From: Ramazzottius varieornatus
Taxonomy: Eukaryota > Animalia > Tardigrada
DNA length: 64,000 nucleotides
Direction of reading: 5' to 3'
NCBI GenBank assembly: GCA_001949185.1
Contig: BDGG01000011.1
Span: forward strand, 1,234,293-1,298,292
Below, piece after piece: positions 37,201 through 51,123 of this stretch (position 1 is its first letter; each line of letters starts with the position of its first letter). Under the pieces are notes generated by a model. It worked only from the letters and a program-made list of their open reading frames with translations, was not told the origin of the DNA and made no database searches. A program made the translations under genes and the position numbers.

Positions 37201-38880
37201 TTCGAGCTGTGTGCGTGAAGTTGACCCATCAGCTTGCAGTAGCCGGGTTGGGTGGAAGGAGGATGCGAGACGTCGTCCGTTGTAGCAAAAGCTTTGAGTA
37301 CTCGGAATACCTAATTTCCTGTGATACAAAGTCCTTATTATGTTTTGGGATGTGATTTAGGTAGATACTAACGAATGACTGAAAATTGTGACAGCTGTTT
37401 AGTGGGAGTGAACTTCTGAGCTTGACGTCACGGCCTGATCATATCAAATCTCATTCTATTAAGACATCCCAAGTTTCTGTTATTAGTCCAACGTGGGTGC
37501 CACTAGCCGATGATACAATGTATAAGTAAAAGCCACTGGACAGTGTTTCTGCAAAATTGTCTGCAATTTTTTCGTTTTCGATCAAATTTCGTCCCAGGCG
37601 GCAAGTTCCCTTCTCCTCCAGGCTCGTAGTCGGTTCACAATCTCGAAAACAAATGCAGCCTGAGTGCAAATATTTTTGCGTCTCGCGAAAGTTTCAGATT
37701 TGTGAAAAGATTTGCCCAGCGGTCAAGAAAACATCATGAAGATCGGTACTTTCGAGTTGGTACGTGACGGACCTTACATCCCATTTCCGAAACTTTGTCT
37801 GATCGACAAGGTGCTGATTAGTTTTATTTGCAACCGCCCTTCGGTTTCAGCTAGTTGAAAAGTGACTTTCCCACCCTATTCTGAAAGCGGGAAATCACGT
37901 CGGTTCGAGGGTTGAAGTATATTCCAGATGTGAATCTGATATTCATACGACAAGACTGACTGATACAAAGGAACACATGTGCGGTATCTGTTCTAGGACA
38001 GTTCCCGCTAATTTCGAATACTCATCCCGAACCGAGCACAGGCGTTTGCGGTGTCCCCCGCTCCTAGGACTTGCACGAATCAGAGGCGGTTCAGAATTAT
38101 TACACCAAAAATATGATCCGCTTCAAAGTCGCTAAAGCAAACTCTGATACAGCGTGAACCGAGGCAGTACTCTATTACCGTGTACTGATCTTGTCACAGC
38201 ACATGATGTAAAAACGTAATGAATTTATCACAATGACCTAGGTAACTCATTGTCCCGTACCACACTGCGGAATCAGAGTCTATTTTATTTTGCCATCATG
38301 CTGAGATAAAGAGGTACGCTATCACACAAATTAAGCTGCCACGGCAGGATGGAAGTCCGACTGTATTGATACCTGAGCTGAGCTGCAACGTCGCACATAA
38401 GCGCTGTATATACGATAATCCATACATCGTTCTTTTGTGATTTGGCATCATGAGAATTTGGCTTAGATGCTGCTGTCGTTGCTTACATGGATGCCGCTAG
38501 CCATGGATGCCGAGGCGGCATCCTTGGTTGCTTGTGACATTTGTATTATTCGGTTATACTGTCGGGACAACTCGGACCCCCAGCGTGATTTGACCGCTTT
38601 CGATGACCGATGGTCAATTTGAAAAGAGCACAAGTGACTTGTCGATGTTATGAAGCTAAAAGAAGCTGGTGGTCAGAAAGGGGTATGGCAACAATAGCAT
38701 CCTCACTTTGGCCAGCATAGAGCATACAGGAGAACAAGTCTCGTAGTACAAGGCCTTAAACGAACAAACACTTCAACGATGAAATCGAGGTTGACAAACT
38801 GTGCAAGATCGTTCGCCCGAATAGCGCACGCTCCGAGGCAGTAACATCCAAAGCCTGCGTCACTTGTGAAAACAGTCTTT

Positions 38881-38959
38881 CCAACTGGCGCACGCTCCCG
38901 TCCAGTAACACTGACAGCGTGCGCCACTTGTGGACAGAATCTTCTCGAGTCTGTTTGCC
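38881..38959 (-). repeat. Palindrome module, copy 4
   Basis: CCAACTGGCGCACG..CGTGCGCCACTTG..GTTTGCC. Confidence 0.75.
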
Positions 38960-39649
38960 GCACTCTCGGCCCAAGTCCGAACTATGGTCTGGAGATGATC
39001 CTCTTCTACCTCTACGCTATTATAACCCGAGAAAGATTCCTACGAGGTCGTTTGGGTGCCGCTCTCCCGCCACGTGAAAGTGTTACAGAGATACCTGAAC
39101 AACCAAAATGTAGCGTAATCATTGTTCTATCGCCTCTTTCGAACGAGATCTCTAGTAGAAGAATGTTTCATCAAAACTTTTGATATGGACTTTGCACCCT
39201 AGCTCCCGAAAGAAATTAGATAGTATTTCACTCATCTTGCTTATTTATGGACGTTACACTGCACGGTTGGGCTTGTTTGAAAGACCAATGTTTGCGCCAC
39301 CTAACAACAGTCGGAGTACGAGGAGAGAGGCCCAACTTTTCTAACGAGCTTACTTTGCTGAGCCAAATCCTGAAGGTAGCGCTGCCCACTGCGAATTCAG
39401 ACTACAACCAGCTGGCGGCTGAGCAGAAGTTAGCAAAGTTTTAGCCAGTTAGCATTCACAGTTCAGTTTAGGCCTTGATTCAGTGATCGGCAAGTCCATC
39501 GAGAGATTCAGATAAATCTGTCAAACCAATGCGTTTTGGCTTGGATTTTAGCAAAGTTGTAGCCGTTCCGATTTTGGATGGAACGGCAGTGTTGCGTCAT
39601 CATTAACCCTAGGAACAGTTTCAGAAATGTGTGATTCTGCTCGGTTCGA

Positions 39650-39930
39650 GACATATATGGTTTATCTGGCTTGGCTTGTCCTGCCCACTGCAGAGAAAGT
39701 GCTCCCTAATATCGGATGCCATCTTCGAATGGCTTCGATTCTGGAATTTCACTCGTCACGATCTTCCAATGTTCCCCATTTCTGTCTGGAGCAGAATGAA
39801 GCAAGGTTGTGGGAGATACTTGTGAATTAATTTGGAATTTCAAGACCTGATTGTTTTTGAGAAGTTCGTTAGTTAGAAAAGTAGTAACCAGTTTGACAAG
39901 TTGGAAAAGTTAGGCCTTGCTCCTCGTACG
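39650..39930 (+). repeat. Diverged dispersed repeat, copy B
   Basis: Similar to the reverse complement of 15770..16070. Confidence 0.6.
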
Positions 39931-40516
39931 GAAATCGGATAGGTAGATCGGGAGATAATTGAAGAGAAAATATTTTGTCCATAAGAAACATTACAAAAAG
40001 GGATGTAGAACCCATATGAAGAAAGTTTTGCTAGAGACGTCGTTTGACGGATTCGATATAAAAATTATTATCCTACATTTTTGCTACTCAGGCATCTCCG
40101 TGATACTGTCACGTGACGGGAATGCAGCACCCAAAAATAGTCTCCATTTTCTTGTTCAAACCACCCGTTCTTACCGGTTGATTGATCGAAGTCCCGACTC
40201 GGTGATCACGTGATCAAAAAGGATTCGGTGTACTCTAGACGGTGACCTTTTAGTGTTCAAAATCGGACAGCGGTGTCAGAACATATAGGTGAAAGAAGGA
40301 AGACCATGGGGTAGCCATGTCCATGAGCCTGACTGTACGTAAGAAAAACACGACTAGGTCAGGGGTGGAAAACTGGACTGATATTTGCCTACTGTTACAT
40401 TCCTCATTGCTGCAAGGACATTGCGGATAAACACTAAGGCGTGCGTCGCTGGCTGCAGAAGTTTGAAAGAGAGGAGAAAAAGAGCAGTAACCGTAACGAG
40501 AAAAAAACAACGGCCA

Positions 40517-43500
40517 TCAAAGGGAATTTCGATGAGCGTTATTTGATAATGTCTGATTCTCCGATGCGATGTCTTCAAGTGAAGCTAATCGGAACTTTTC
40601 CGTCCTAACCCCCGGATGGCCGCCAAGCGAATGGCGTACTTTTCGTAGGCGAGATTTGGCGGGCTCGTCAGAAGTCTTCCGGGATGCCGAAAACAGTACG
40701 CTGACATGGCTGGTTAGTGACAACCAGTCAAAGTCCGTGCACGTTCCAAGATACTTCTCGCCCTCTACGCCTCTTTCCTTATCCGGAATGCTTTGGTTTC
40801 CACATTGCGAGAAAGTTCGTCCGTCGGTCTTCGATGGCCGCCACACACGCTTAATATGACGGCGAAAGGAATCCTTCAAGGCTGTTCGATAGGTGGACGA
40901 CATGAGAACGTACACGTAAAAGTTTCCTGCGTAGTTCACCAATGCTAGCGTCGTGACAAGTGGCTCCCAATCTTCGTAGTCTGTTAGCAAATTGTGGCAA
41001 TATGGCGCGTTGGAAAAGTGATCGACCGTGTTCAGTACAACACTTGGCGCTTGGGTAAGGGAGTAAAGCAGGACGCATGCTACCAACATCCGACATGGTT
41101 TTCTCCGCTTGGTCTCACCCACAGAGATCCTTGAGCCCTGTCCTGTGTCTTTTGTTTTTGGCTTTCTTTGCATGTCAATGAATCGACCATATTCTTCCCG
41201 TAGCGAACTGCTAGATTTCAACTGGGACCTCAGGTAAACCAGTAGACAGACGTTGGACGCGAGTAGGCAGATCACGACGACCACGGGAAACGCAATCTAC
41301 GAAAAAACATCGGCATTAGCGATGGCCAAAGTCCATTAGCTGTGCTCGTCCAGTAAGGAAGAACATTACATTGTTGAGGTCTCGTTCTGACACCCCTATA
41401 ACACTTTGATAAATCTCTGCCACAACAAACGCTGAAAAAGAATTTGATAGAGAGTCAGAGAGGAAGTTTGTGGGAATTCGGCTTTCGTGCCCCGATTCGA
41501 CCTTTCAAGGCACTCCACACTGGAAATGACATATAAGTAGCAGATAGAGCGCTCGATTTTCTATAGAACTCCACCAGCCAAAAGTATCCCCAAGGTCGTC
41601 AACGGGAGCAGATGTGGATAGAAACAGAGGACCTTCACAACCTGACCAGTGGCCGCTTGCCTATTCTTTTTGCTCTTTCTGCTCGCACTCAGAGCCCGCT
41701 CGCTCAATGTGTCGTTTCTTAGTGGGGGAGAAAGATTCTGGCAGAGCATTTTCCTTCGCTCTCCTCTTACCACTACATGCCTTGTGACCACTAACCAAGC
41801 CAGGAATGCTTGCACAGCAGTAACGCGTTGGACTGGCTCCTCCCTAGGACTGATGTGATGTAGTGCGCATTAGTTAGGACGCGAAAAATGTTCGAAGCTT
41901 CTCTAGCGGTCATGATTTTATGGAGTGTCAGATTGAGGCCTCGAACTCATTTTCTCCCTTTCATCCCGTACGTGCGGCCACTATTAAGTAACGCTTAATA
42001 ATGCACTGTGCTATGGTTCATCAATAACTGGATTTCGGCCGCCCAATTTGGGGAACATTATTTTTGCTACCAAATGACCCTTTCTTGACATGAAGTCTGA
42101 GAGAATATTCAGGGCATCGGATGGTAGCTTTTCCGTACCTCACCGTGGCTCAAAGTCTCAAAAAACTGTTCGCCCTTTTTGAATGATATTGCAGGAAACT
42201 TCAGGGGCGATTAACCACCAAAACACCCCAGCTTGGGGGTTTGGTGTCAAAACGATTGTATGTGTAGTCTTACGCTGTGTGACGTCATTCTGATGACAGA
42301 TTTTTCGGACAAAAATTCGAACCCCTTTGAATCCTCTTGACGTGGCCGTTTGACCACTGGTCAGAAATTAGAACTGACTTCAGATTCGTGTTCCTCGACA
42401 TCTGTTTCGTGCTATCTCACCGGCAGTTACAAAAAGCCCCTGTGGTGCCAAAACTTCAAAACCGATTCCTGAACAATCGTGTAATTAGTCAATGTTCCCC
42501 AAATCGGGCCGCCGAAACCCAACTATAGCTGTTGCAGCCGTGGAAATCAAGGCCCATAGAGAGCATAGTTTATTTCCAACAATCGATGTGACACTCACGT
42601 TCAGTTCCTGCTGATGACGCACCCAGGAAGCGATCCCTGTAAAAGGAGGCGTACACGGTTAAGTTCTAGCTGAAACCTCGGTGAATGCTCATGTTCGCCG
42701 AATTAAAGCTGGCACAAATTAATTAACAAATAATACTAGATGACGCCTGTAAAAGTCTGAATGGACATATTGCCAAATGCTTACATTGTGGTTGAACGTA
42801 ATGGTCGACATGCTTGCAGCCGTCCCATGAGTCGTAATACCACACAAGTATCCCACTGTTCATGAGCGCAGACATGATAAAAAATACGATAATCAAGAGC
42901 AGTGTGCTCTTCCATCGAGCTCTTGATTGTTTCCTCCATTGACGAAAGCGGAACGTCGCAAGCCTCTCTATAGAGAACGCCATCAGTATCCTGTAAAGAT
43001 GTAAACAGTCTGTCAATAGGGGCGGAAGGTTGTTGATGAGCAGCAACGGACGTCCAAGTCCATGAACTTAGACTATGTTCATGAATCTACATGATTGATT
43101 ACCAGTCAGTCACATAGGCAAAAGTGTAGTGCAGCCATGTGAAGAGACCGAAAGATCTCAGTAGCGCGCTTTGTCGGTTAGGATCAATCCCGAAAACGTC
43201 GCTGTAGTCGGTCAAGTAACGAGGCAATATTGACCACCTAGAAAAGTCGAGAGGCTCACACGATCAGATGTGGACACCGAATGGCATGAGCTTACATGAC
43301 CACCGTGTCGGAAACGGCGAGCGCCAGAAGGAAAACTCGTTTGGCACCGCTGCGGCAGTACCGGAACAGCACAATAATGTTCAAGCCATTTCCCACTGTG
43401 CTCAAGCAGATCAACAATGGAATAGCAACAACAGGAAAAAACTCAACCAGCGTTCCAGTGGTTCCATCCGTGTGATGGTGGGAATGATTGTGGGATTTTG

Positions 43501-43591
43501 TCCGAGAGCAGTCGTCCACCAGGATTTCCCAGTCTTTCAGCTTCGGTCCCGACAGTCCGCCGAATGCAACTCCGCGACTCATGATCATGCC
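40517..43591 (-). CDS. Rhodopsin-class peptide-receptor-like GPCR, about six exons
   Basis: TM1-2 LSTVGNGLNIIVL..LALAVSD; TM3 DW/ILMAFSIERL; TM5 FPVVVVICLLASN; TM6 LYSLTQAPS; TM7 NYAGNFYVYVLMSSTYR. Confidence 0.85.
42027..42523. mobile_element. MITE-like element in a GPCR intron, ~33-bp imperfect TIRs, TA flanks
   Basis: GGATTTCGGCCGCCCAATTTGGGGAACATT versus AATGTTCCCCAAATCGGGCCGCCGAAACCC. Confidence 0.7.
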
Positions 43592-45597
43592 AGATCCATG
43601 GTCCAGTGCGAAATCGGCTCAAACTTCACGGTGTTTACCCAGTGAGCCTCAAATAATCCAATAGCAGCGAGCAACGTCCACCGTTGATCAAGTTCTTTGA
43701 ATGAGTTCGCGTGACAGTTGCGTTGGCCCTGATGTTGGTTTCTAGCACTCGTTCAGCGTTGTACCCCGAACTAACTACTCGACGGGGGTTGATCTGTCGA
43801 CGGCGACAGTTGTTCGGTCAATCTTAATGAGTACGATACTCTGGATTTATTGCATTCTAACCCGCGGCTTTCCTTGACAGCTTATAGTGTATGGGTATCG
43901 AAGTACACAAGATCTCTCGCTGTGACAGTAAGCCGTGTTAACAGAGAGATGGGTTTAGCGACGTACGAAATTCCGTGGTAAACCCGCACTAGCACGGGAA
44001 CCACCTCAGGAAAATTAAAACACGCGTCAGAGCGATTAGTCTCAAGGCGTTCTCGCTGCCGAGACAGCTTCAATTGGTCTCACAGTACACCGCTCACTGC
44101 GTGATTTCTGGGCGTCGAAGGTCAACTGCGCCTGAATATAAAACGGATTAATGGAGCGCCATGGAACCTTCATCGAAGATACACAAGGCCTTGCGACTAT
44201 TAGAGAGACTAAGACGGAAGGACGCGATAGCAGAGACAAGCATTTTCAAAAGCTGCACGACCAAACGCCACTTTAGATTTACTGGCTCGCTCTGCAATCC
44301 TAATCCTCAAAATCCCTCAGGGTAGGTGCTGTATTTATTAGCGCCAAACCAACACGACATGAAGCGTTCCTTTATCGTATCTGACGCTTTACGCTTTTTT
44401 TGGCCTAAATGAAGACGTGGGTAGCCAAACAGTAGTTTCATTTCAGCGGGGTTCTTTTGTGATAAACCACACATTCGAATCAGAAGGCGCAGTTATGCAA
44501 AGTGGAAAGCAGATTGCTCGTCGATCAGCTGAACGTCAGGCAAGAAGGTGCCGATGCCTGCAGGTGTCGATACCTGCAGAACTATAACATAAAGGGTTCC
44601 TTCATGTATTGTACCGAAGATTCTGTCAGCCAGTGCGTCATGGCCTTCTATGAACACACTTTGCCTCAAAGCTAACGCATGAATATAATTGATCGAGACC
44701 GGAAATTGTACCGTTCTGGCATTTTGAACGATTTATACGGAGAGTCGTGAAAACGCTTCTTTCCATTTGAGTGGATGCAATTAGAGCTTGAAAACTTGAC
44801 AGACCATTGGCTACAAAACCACACAAGGCGGCGCACGATGCCAACAGAAAATAAAACTTTTGGTTCCCTCCTCCTCGGCTTCGCTGTTCCGATCACTGAA
44901 AAGGAAACAGCTGATAATTTCACACATTCGAATCTAATCAGGAGTGGCTTAGTCTGGCGCCAGTTTTCATCCTTGTATTCTGCTAAGTTTCCATTTTCCA
45001 TTGGCATCCACAACAACTTTTGCGTTTTTCACGGCCATTTTCTAAAATTCGTTTCTCGGTTTTGCGTGAGGTTCTGTGGTATCTTTGCTAAATACAGTTA
45101 GAACAGAGACCTGGCTACAGAAAACACGTGGACAGCGCGGATCTCCCGTTCGGGACAACTATAATTTATCCCGCAGAAGTAGGTTCCCTGGCAGAATGTT
45201 CGAATCTGAAAGTTTTAATTCATTTGCCCAGTGAGCTTGGCACTTCTGCGATGTGCTCTGATTTTTCATTGCAGTCCGGATGGTCGCGTATTCGGTGAGA
45301 TCAAAATTAGGCTTGACACTCGAACACAGAATTTTACAGACGACGTTTCGATCAGGAACAGAGGTTTTCCTTACCGGAAGTCATACTGATCAGTCGAAAG
45401 ACCTCGAAAAGTTGTATATGAAATACGGGAATATGAGTTGAAAAGGCACAAACCGAATTTTTGAAGCACGTCGTTTTAATTGGTAGCACGTTGGCCGGAA
45501 CGGGCTGTACATTACAATTACACAGACCAACTGCGTGTAATGCTCATCATTACACGCTTGGCCTTTTCAGTGATCAGGACCACTCGCTAGTGGCATT

Positions 45598-45777
45598 CAG
45601 AGCCTGGCCGAGCTAGGTCGCGCCCAGGTTTCCTTGACGTCAACAAGAGTTCGTTCAGATCGATTCACCGATTGTGATAATATACCGACACGCTCAATTA
45701 AAACCGTCCATCAAATGACATTTTTTATTAGGGTGACGTCGAAAAACCTGGGTGCGGCCCAGGTCGCCCAGGATCTG
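45598..45777. repeat. Degenerate inverted repeat, possible MITE
   Basis: CCTGGCCGAGCTAGGTCGCGCCCAGGTTTCCTTGACGTCA versus TGACGTCGAAAAACCTGGGTGCGGCCCAGGTCGCCCAGG. Confidence 0.55.
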
Positions 45778-46180
45778 GTGGTATTCATCCCCTAACCAGT
45801 AACACTCAAGCAAGAACTATGCCGGGACTATGATGACACGGAGTAAACGAGAGACTTCAGCTCTACCGTATAGTCATCTGTCTTTCTGCCGGTAGGGCAA
45901 CAAGCTAGCAAAGCATGCAGTATAATCTGGCCGCCTGGTGCCGGATAGCGGTTGGGAGACTAGTAACCTTTGCTGTAAACACAAGACAAACGAGGACGAT
46001 TGTCTCTCTGGACTAAGCTTAAACAAGCTAACATGATTTATATAACGTGCAGTGGCCATAATCACTTGCGAGCCATGCGACGGCCATAAAGAACTGAATC
46101 TGTGAGGTTCAATCCGCCGCTTAAACCCTTGAAATGCTTCAAAAAGCATAAAAATGGCATTTGAAATTGGCATTAATATT

Positions 46181-47441
46181 AGGTGCGGAAGTATGACTTG
46201 TCCCCTTGACCTCTGCCAAAGTTGAAATTTTTTCCTGACGCTATACCTCAACCTTTTTGATCAACTTACACACCCGTTCTAGCACGGAACTACCGAGATT
46301 TTTTTGGGAGACATTTCGTTCCATTGCTGCGAGAGACTGGGAGAAGAGGGACAATAATCTCCGTAATGCCACTCTTCAAACCCACTTCCGGGAAAATTTC
46401 TGTCTCGCTGGAGAAGGTCTAATGTCTTGAGCAGGTGATAATCCGTTAGCAGGAGGATCCTACTATACGAAGCCTGAATTGGAAATTCCAGTTCCTGTTC
46501 CTGCAGTTTGCGGCATTGTTTTGTTCAAAATGCATTCCGGAGCAGACATGCAACAGTAGTGGGTCCAGTCCGTGAATTAGTTTCGTTTGTTTAACGGGAA
46601 TGTTTCCAGAAATAATGCCCGTTCCAAGGAGGACCAGAATAAGGTTATCGCACTGCTGGATGAAAGAGAATTATAGCGGTCAGACGTGTGAGGTGGCCAT
46701 CAATATGAGATCATGGTTCTCTTTTAGCGCAGCTCACGGCTTCAAATCTCATGCGGTGGTTTGCCTTTGTCAAAATATACCATATGTCTCGCTTAGAAAT
46801 CTTCTGTAGAGTGTCCGTGTTGTCACCGGTAGCAATCCGGTCTGCTACCGGCTAGTTGATGTTTGCAATTCAGAGAGGGAAAACAGAAAAACTCTGCATT
46901 ATTCTCGGGGTGCGCGAAGTAGGTGGGGTATCGAATTCTCTTGTCTTTTCGCTCTCCTCGTCTTATTTAAATTTACCATGAGACTTTGGGGAGGCACATT
47001 TCAGTCCCGTGAAAATTACACAATAGTTTGGGGAGAATCGGGTGCGACATGATCGGTCAACACATTGTCGTCCGCTTTCGACTTCAGTTTTCCGTAAGGG
47101 TAACTTTCGAATGTAAAATCCCCAGAACGAAACCGATCAACCCCATTCCCCACGGTGAAACTGTTGGGTGTTTCATCATTAAACACAGATCTTGTTTTGT
47201 CCGCGGTGCGAGATGCCTCGATAAAATTCAAACACCAAAATCCCCGAAATTTCCCTGATGCATGTCTCCGTCAAAATAATTTCTGGCTTACTCCAGAGCT
47301 GAGAAACCTGAATCAGTGGAATATCAAACAAGGGAAGGAGTTGGTAGACTGATTGGAGAAAATTTTCAGAACGAAAGGACGAGAGGGGGCAGAACTATGA
47401 ATTTTCGAAGTCACGGTACGTCAAATCATACTTCCGCACTC
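46181..47441. mobile_element. ~1.25-kb non-autonomous TIR element (copy 2)
   Basis: TIR GTGCGGAAGTATGACTTG / CAAATCATACTTCCGCAC, flanked by AATATT on both sides. Colinear with copy 1. Confidence 0.8.
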
Positions 47442-48101
47442 AATATTATCCTCGCCACTTGAACGAACCTTCGGCTGCTTTTATGCCGTGGACTTCTGGG
47501 ACATTCTCGTAGAGAACTAATCGAGAAAGAATTGCTCGGTATGTAGCCGCTGCATGGAACAGCGTACTGTTTTGCCACCACAAACATTAGGTTTGTCAGT
47601 CGGAGCAAAGCGACGACTCCATAAGTCTGTCCCAACTTACATGAGAGAGAAAAGTGATGAAGCTTTCTGAAATTGCACATTTTGTATTGTGAAATGATGC
47701 GCCAGCTGGTCCGTGTACCAGAAAGCGGTTTCAGCCAAGATACTGTAGTAGGCAGATCTAGAAATGTATTCATCTTCTGGTAATAGCGCACCAGGTAAAA
47801 TGGCTTCCTAAAGTACAGAATGGGCTTCACATTTGGAGCTGCATGTTGTTGGAAATCCGCCTGGCAACATAGTTATGGTTGCGCTTTCTGCCAGAACAAT
47901 GTCAAAATCTGTTTAAAACAGCTCACGCGTCACGTTTACAGTATTCTGTTTTATCTTTGTTCGCTTTTTGGCTAAGAGTAATCTGGAAATCTTGTAATAC
48001 GTTTTGTACGAGTCCAGTAGTACATATAACCTGTCATAGAATCTGCGAACCTTATTTTTTTCGGTAATCATCACTTCTTGAAGCCACCAAAAGGCTTTAG
48101 T

Positions 48102-48467
48102 ATGGTCAGCGGAGTTTATTTCACACTTGTTGTGGCAACGAGTAGTTTTGTGGTCAGCCAGACCAACGCGCATTTCCCCTATTACAACAAGTAAGGTGGA
48201 TATGGTGGTGGCGGTTGGGGCGGCTATTATGGTGGAGGCTTCTACCCCGGTGGATATGTTCGAGACCCACGTCAACTGCAAGGTTACGAGCCCGGTTACC
48301 AGCCTGGCGGTCAGACATACCAAGGGGATGTGGCCTATCGTGCGCCCAACTGGTGGACCCAAGACCAGCAGAATAACGCGCAACCTATAATGCTGTCGTG
48401 GGCTGAAAAATGCAACGATCCCTTTCGTCGACAGGTGTATCGATCTGAATGTTTGCTACCTAGCTGA
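48102..48467 (+). pseudogene. Secreted Gly/Tyr-rich small protein with an in-frame TAA at codon 31
   Basis: MVSGVYFTLVVATSSFVVSQTNAHFPYYNK*GGYGGGGWGGYYGGGFYPGGY...CNDPFRRQVYRSECLLPS*. Confidence 0.7.
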
Positions 48468-49357
48468 CAATCCAGTTTTGTTTTATAGAAACACAAGTGG
48501 TGGTTTTTGCGCTCAGCCATCTCTCGAATTATTCCCTATATTTCCGTCTTACTATAGCCAGATTATCAATTTTACGTTGTACAAACGCTCGAAGTGGTCG
48601 GTGTAAAATATGGGAGCTACATGATATTGTGTCGGCAACTAGACTTCATAACCGATACGAAGTGACCTACGCAATTCTACCGTGCTGACTGCACCTCAGA
48701 ATTTTGTCATTCGCCTTCTCCACAATCACTGTTGGTCATTCGGTGTCCGGTGTCGTGAAATAATTTTACCGGTGGGTACAGGTACTCCCGGCTTAGAATG
48801 CACTCCAATTCTGCGGTGTTAGGATCTTCATTTCGATCTTCATCGATGTTTCCTCCCGTGGTAGTCTCTGAAGAAAATGTCGATGAAAATCGAAAACTTT
48901 CTTTGACTTACCTGAAACAGTAAAAGTGTTCAGGAGTACATTTATTTCGTTTTTGCTGCCGGTGACTCCATGCTACGCATGATACAAGGACCATTAGACA
49001 CCCCAAGAACTTAGTGGTGCTATACGGGGTAGACAATGGCTCCACGCTTCCAGGATTTTCTCCAGCTCCAGGGAGGGGTTCATGGCATCTCTTCCTGCTC
49101 TTCAGTACGAGCGAAGCGAGTCCTTTATAGGTCTGTCGAAAAGTCAATGTGTGTCGCAAATGGTGAAGCTTTCTAATATCGCAAACTCCGTTATGTAAAA
49201 CGATGCGTGAGTTGACCGGGGTTGCAAAAACTTTTTATTCGCAATCCTAAGCAAACTCCATATGCCTGTCACAATGGGAGCATTGAGGAAAACATCCGAC
49301 CACGAGAAAGACTCTGCCCGTTTTCAGAAGTCTTCCGCAAACAAACATTGGCAACAA

Positions 49358-49412
49358 GGGGGGAAGGGGGAAGGGGGAACGGGGAAGGGGGAAGGGGGAA
49401 GGGGGAAGGGGG
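49358..49412 (+). repeat. (GGGGGAA)n purine tract
   Basis: About eight G4-6 runs separated by AA or AAC. Confidence 0.9.
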
Positions 49413-50166
49413 TCAGAAGAGCCTGATTCGTCATCTTCCTCATTTGTTTGCTCTTTTGTTGTTATCGCATTCGCTCAGCCTTCCCAGTGGTCAGGACCAC
49501 TATCTAGTTACAGTAAGCTGAGAGACATACCTATCAGGTAAAAGCATCAAAACGAACATGGCGTCTGCTCGCCCTGACCGTTCCCTCGTTGGTCTGGTCT
49601 CCACACTGGTCAACCGCAGCTTAGATCGTGCTGTCCTACGGTTCAGTCCAAATCACCTTCATCCTCTATATCCCTTCATGCTGTATCGTCCCAATCGTCG
49701 GTTGAGTTTGCCGCGCAGGAATCAAGTGCTACAGTCGGGACGAGCATCAATAGAACCTACAGTCACGCTCATCGGTCATGGGCACCCATGGCCTTACATT
49801 ACTTCCTTGTATCTCCTGAACCCGCAGTCCAACTTGCGTGATTGAATCAATAAGCACATTAAGTTGCCAGTCCCCGTTCACGTTCCTACTGTAGCTAAGG
49901 CTTGCTCCGCCCCTTTTGTGACGTGTAACTACAATTTGTTTCCCGGAGCTCCCCTTATTTTCCGAAAATAAGGGGAGTCGGAATTCCGGTTAGATAGCAT
50001 TGGGAAGCATGATGGCTGCCCAACTATTCAAGGTTGTGGCTCAAAAATCGATTTTTGATTTCGCCATAAATTCATTTCATGGTGATCATTTGACGTTCCT
50101 GCTCTTTGTTGTACTATTATTTCTTGTACAGGGTCACAGGTCTTCCTTAGGGGAAGGAAAGTGAAC

Positions 50167-51123
50167 ATGGAGGGCGAAGAAGAGTTTTCTGTCGACGCTG
50201 CATTGGCAGTGGGATCCCCAGCATCGGTGACAAGCGGAGGAGCTGCAGCCAAGTTAGCACGACTACAATGGGACGAGGACAGCCAAGTTTGCCTCCTTCG
50301 TCAGTATCGCACCACAGTGGAAGTTTTCGCAGGTACCGATACAGAAATGTGGAATGATATATTCCAGAAGCTCAGATCAGCGGGGATGAAGCTGAAGACT
50401 GCCCGTTCTGCCAGGCGTTCAAGGCATCGAATCGCCTTGACGAGTAGAAATCGGGAGATCCCGGGATCTTCACAGAAAAAGAGCAGCTGTTGGTTGAGCT
50501 AGTCAACTATCTCAAAGAGCATGAAGGGAAGCGTCGAAAGAAGCAGTCCGTCAAGAAGATGCTGGAAGATGAGAAGCAGTCGCGCAAAGACAAGAAGATG
50601 ATGGACGAGACCACCTTCAGCAAACGTCGCTTCAATGGAGCTCGTGAGCTGACTCCTGATCCTCTGGACGGTAAGTTTTTCGAGTTTCAGGTAAGATCGC
50701 GCTGCCATTACTGAGATGGGTATTTAGGTGAAATGGCGAGAGATTACAACAGGTATCAGATCCCAGGTGCAGCACTTGACCCAGGTCAAGTGGCGCACAT
50801 GAAATGTGTTGCTTTTAGGTGGGAAGTCGGACGAAGAAGTCACCAATACACCGAAGCGTGAACGTACTAGCTATAATCACATGATCAGAACTTTCTTGGA
50901 CGGTTCTTCAGATGTGAAGATGAAGGAGCTGCGGCTCAAGCAGGAACAGCTGGAAGTGGAGCGTGGCCGTGAGTCTCGTCTGGCCGAAGAAAACAAGATG
51001 AAGTACGATCTGGAACTCAAGCGAATGGAAGCTGACAAGCAGAAGGACGAATCTAACCGTAAGCGAGATGAACTGATGGCTGCTGTCATGATGGAAGCGT
51101 TGAAAGGTCTGAAGAAAGATTGA
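50167..51123 (+). pseudogene. Harbinger accessory (Myb/SANT-like, coiled-coil) gene, frameshifted, with an intron
   Basis: LQWDEDSQVCLLRQY..MWNDIFQKL has a Trp-spaced helical pattern, followed by a charged coiled-coil tail. Frame break near 50420; intron ~50670-50817. Confidence 0.65.

Noticed and set aside
48127-48390. 87-aa plus ORF and the overlapping 156-aa minus ORF in the track
   Set aside because: Alternative frames of the GGY-rich sequence. The frame starting at 48102 is more protein-like.
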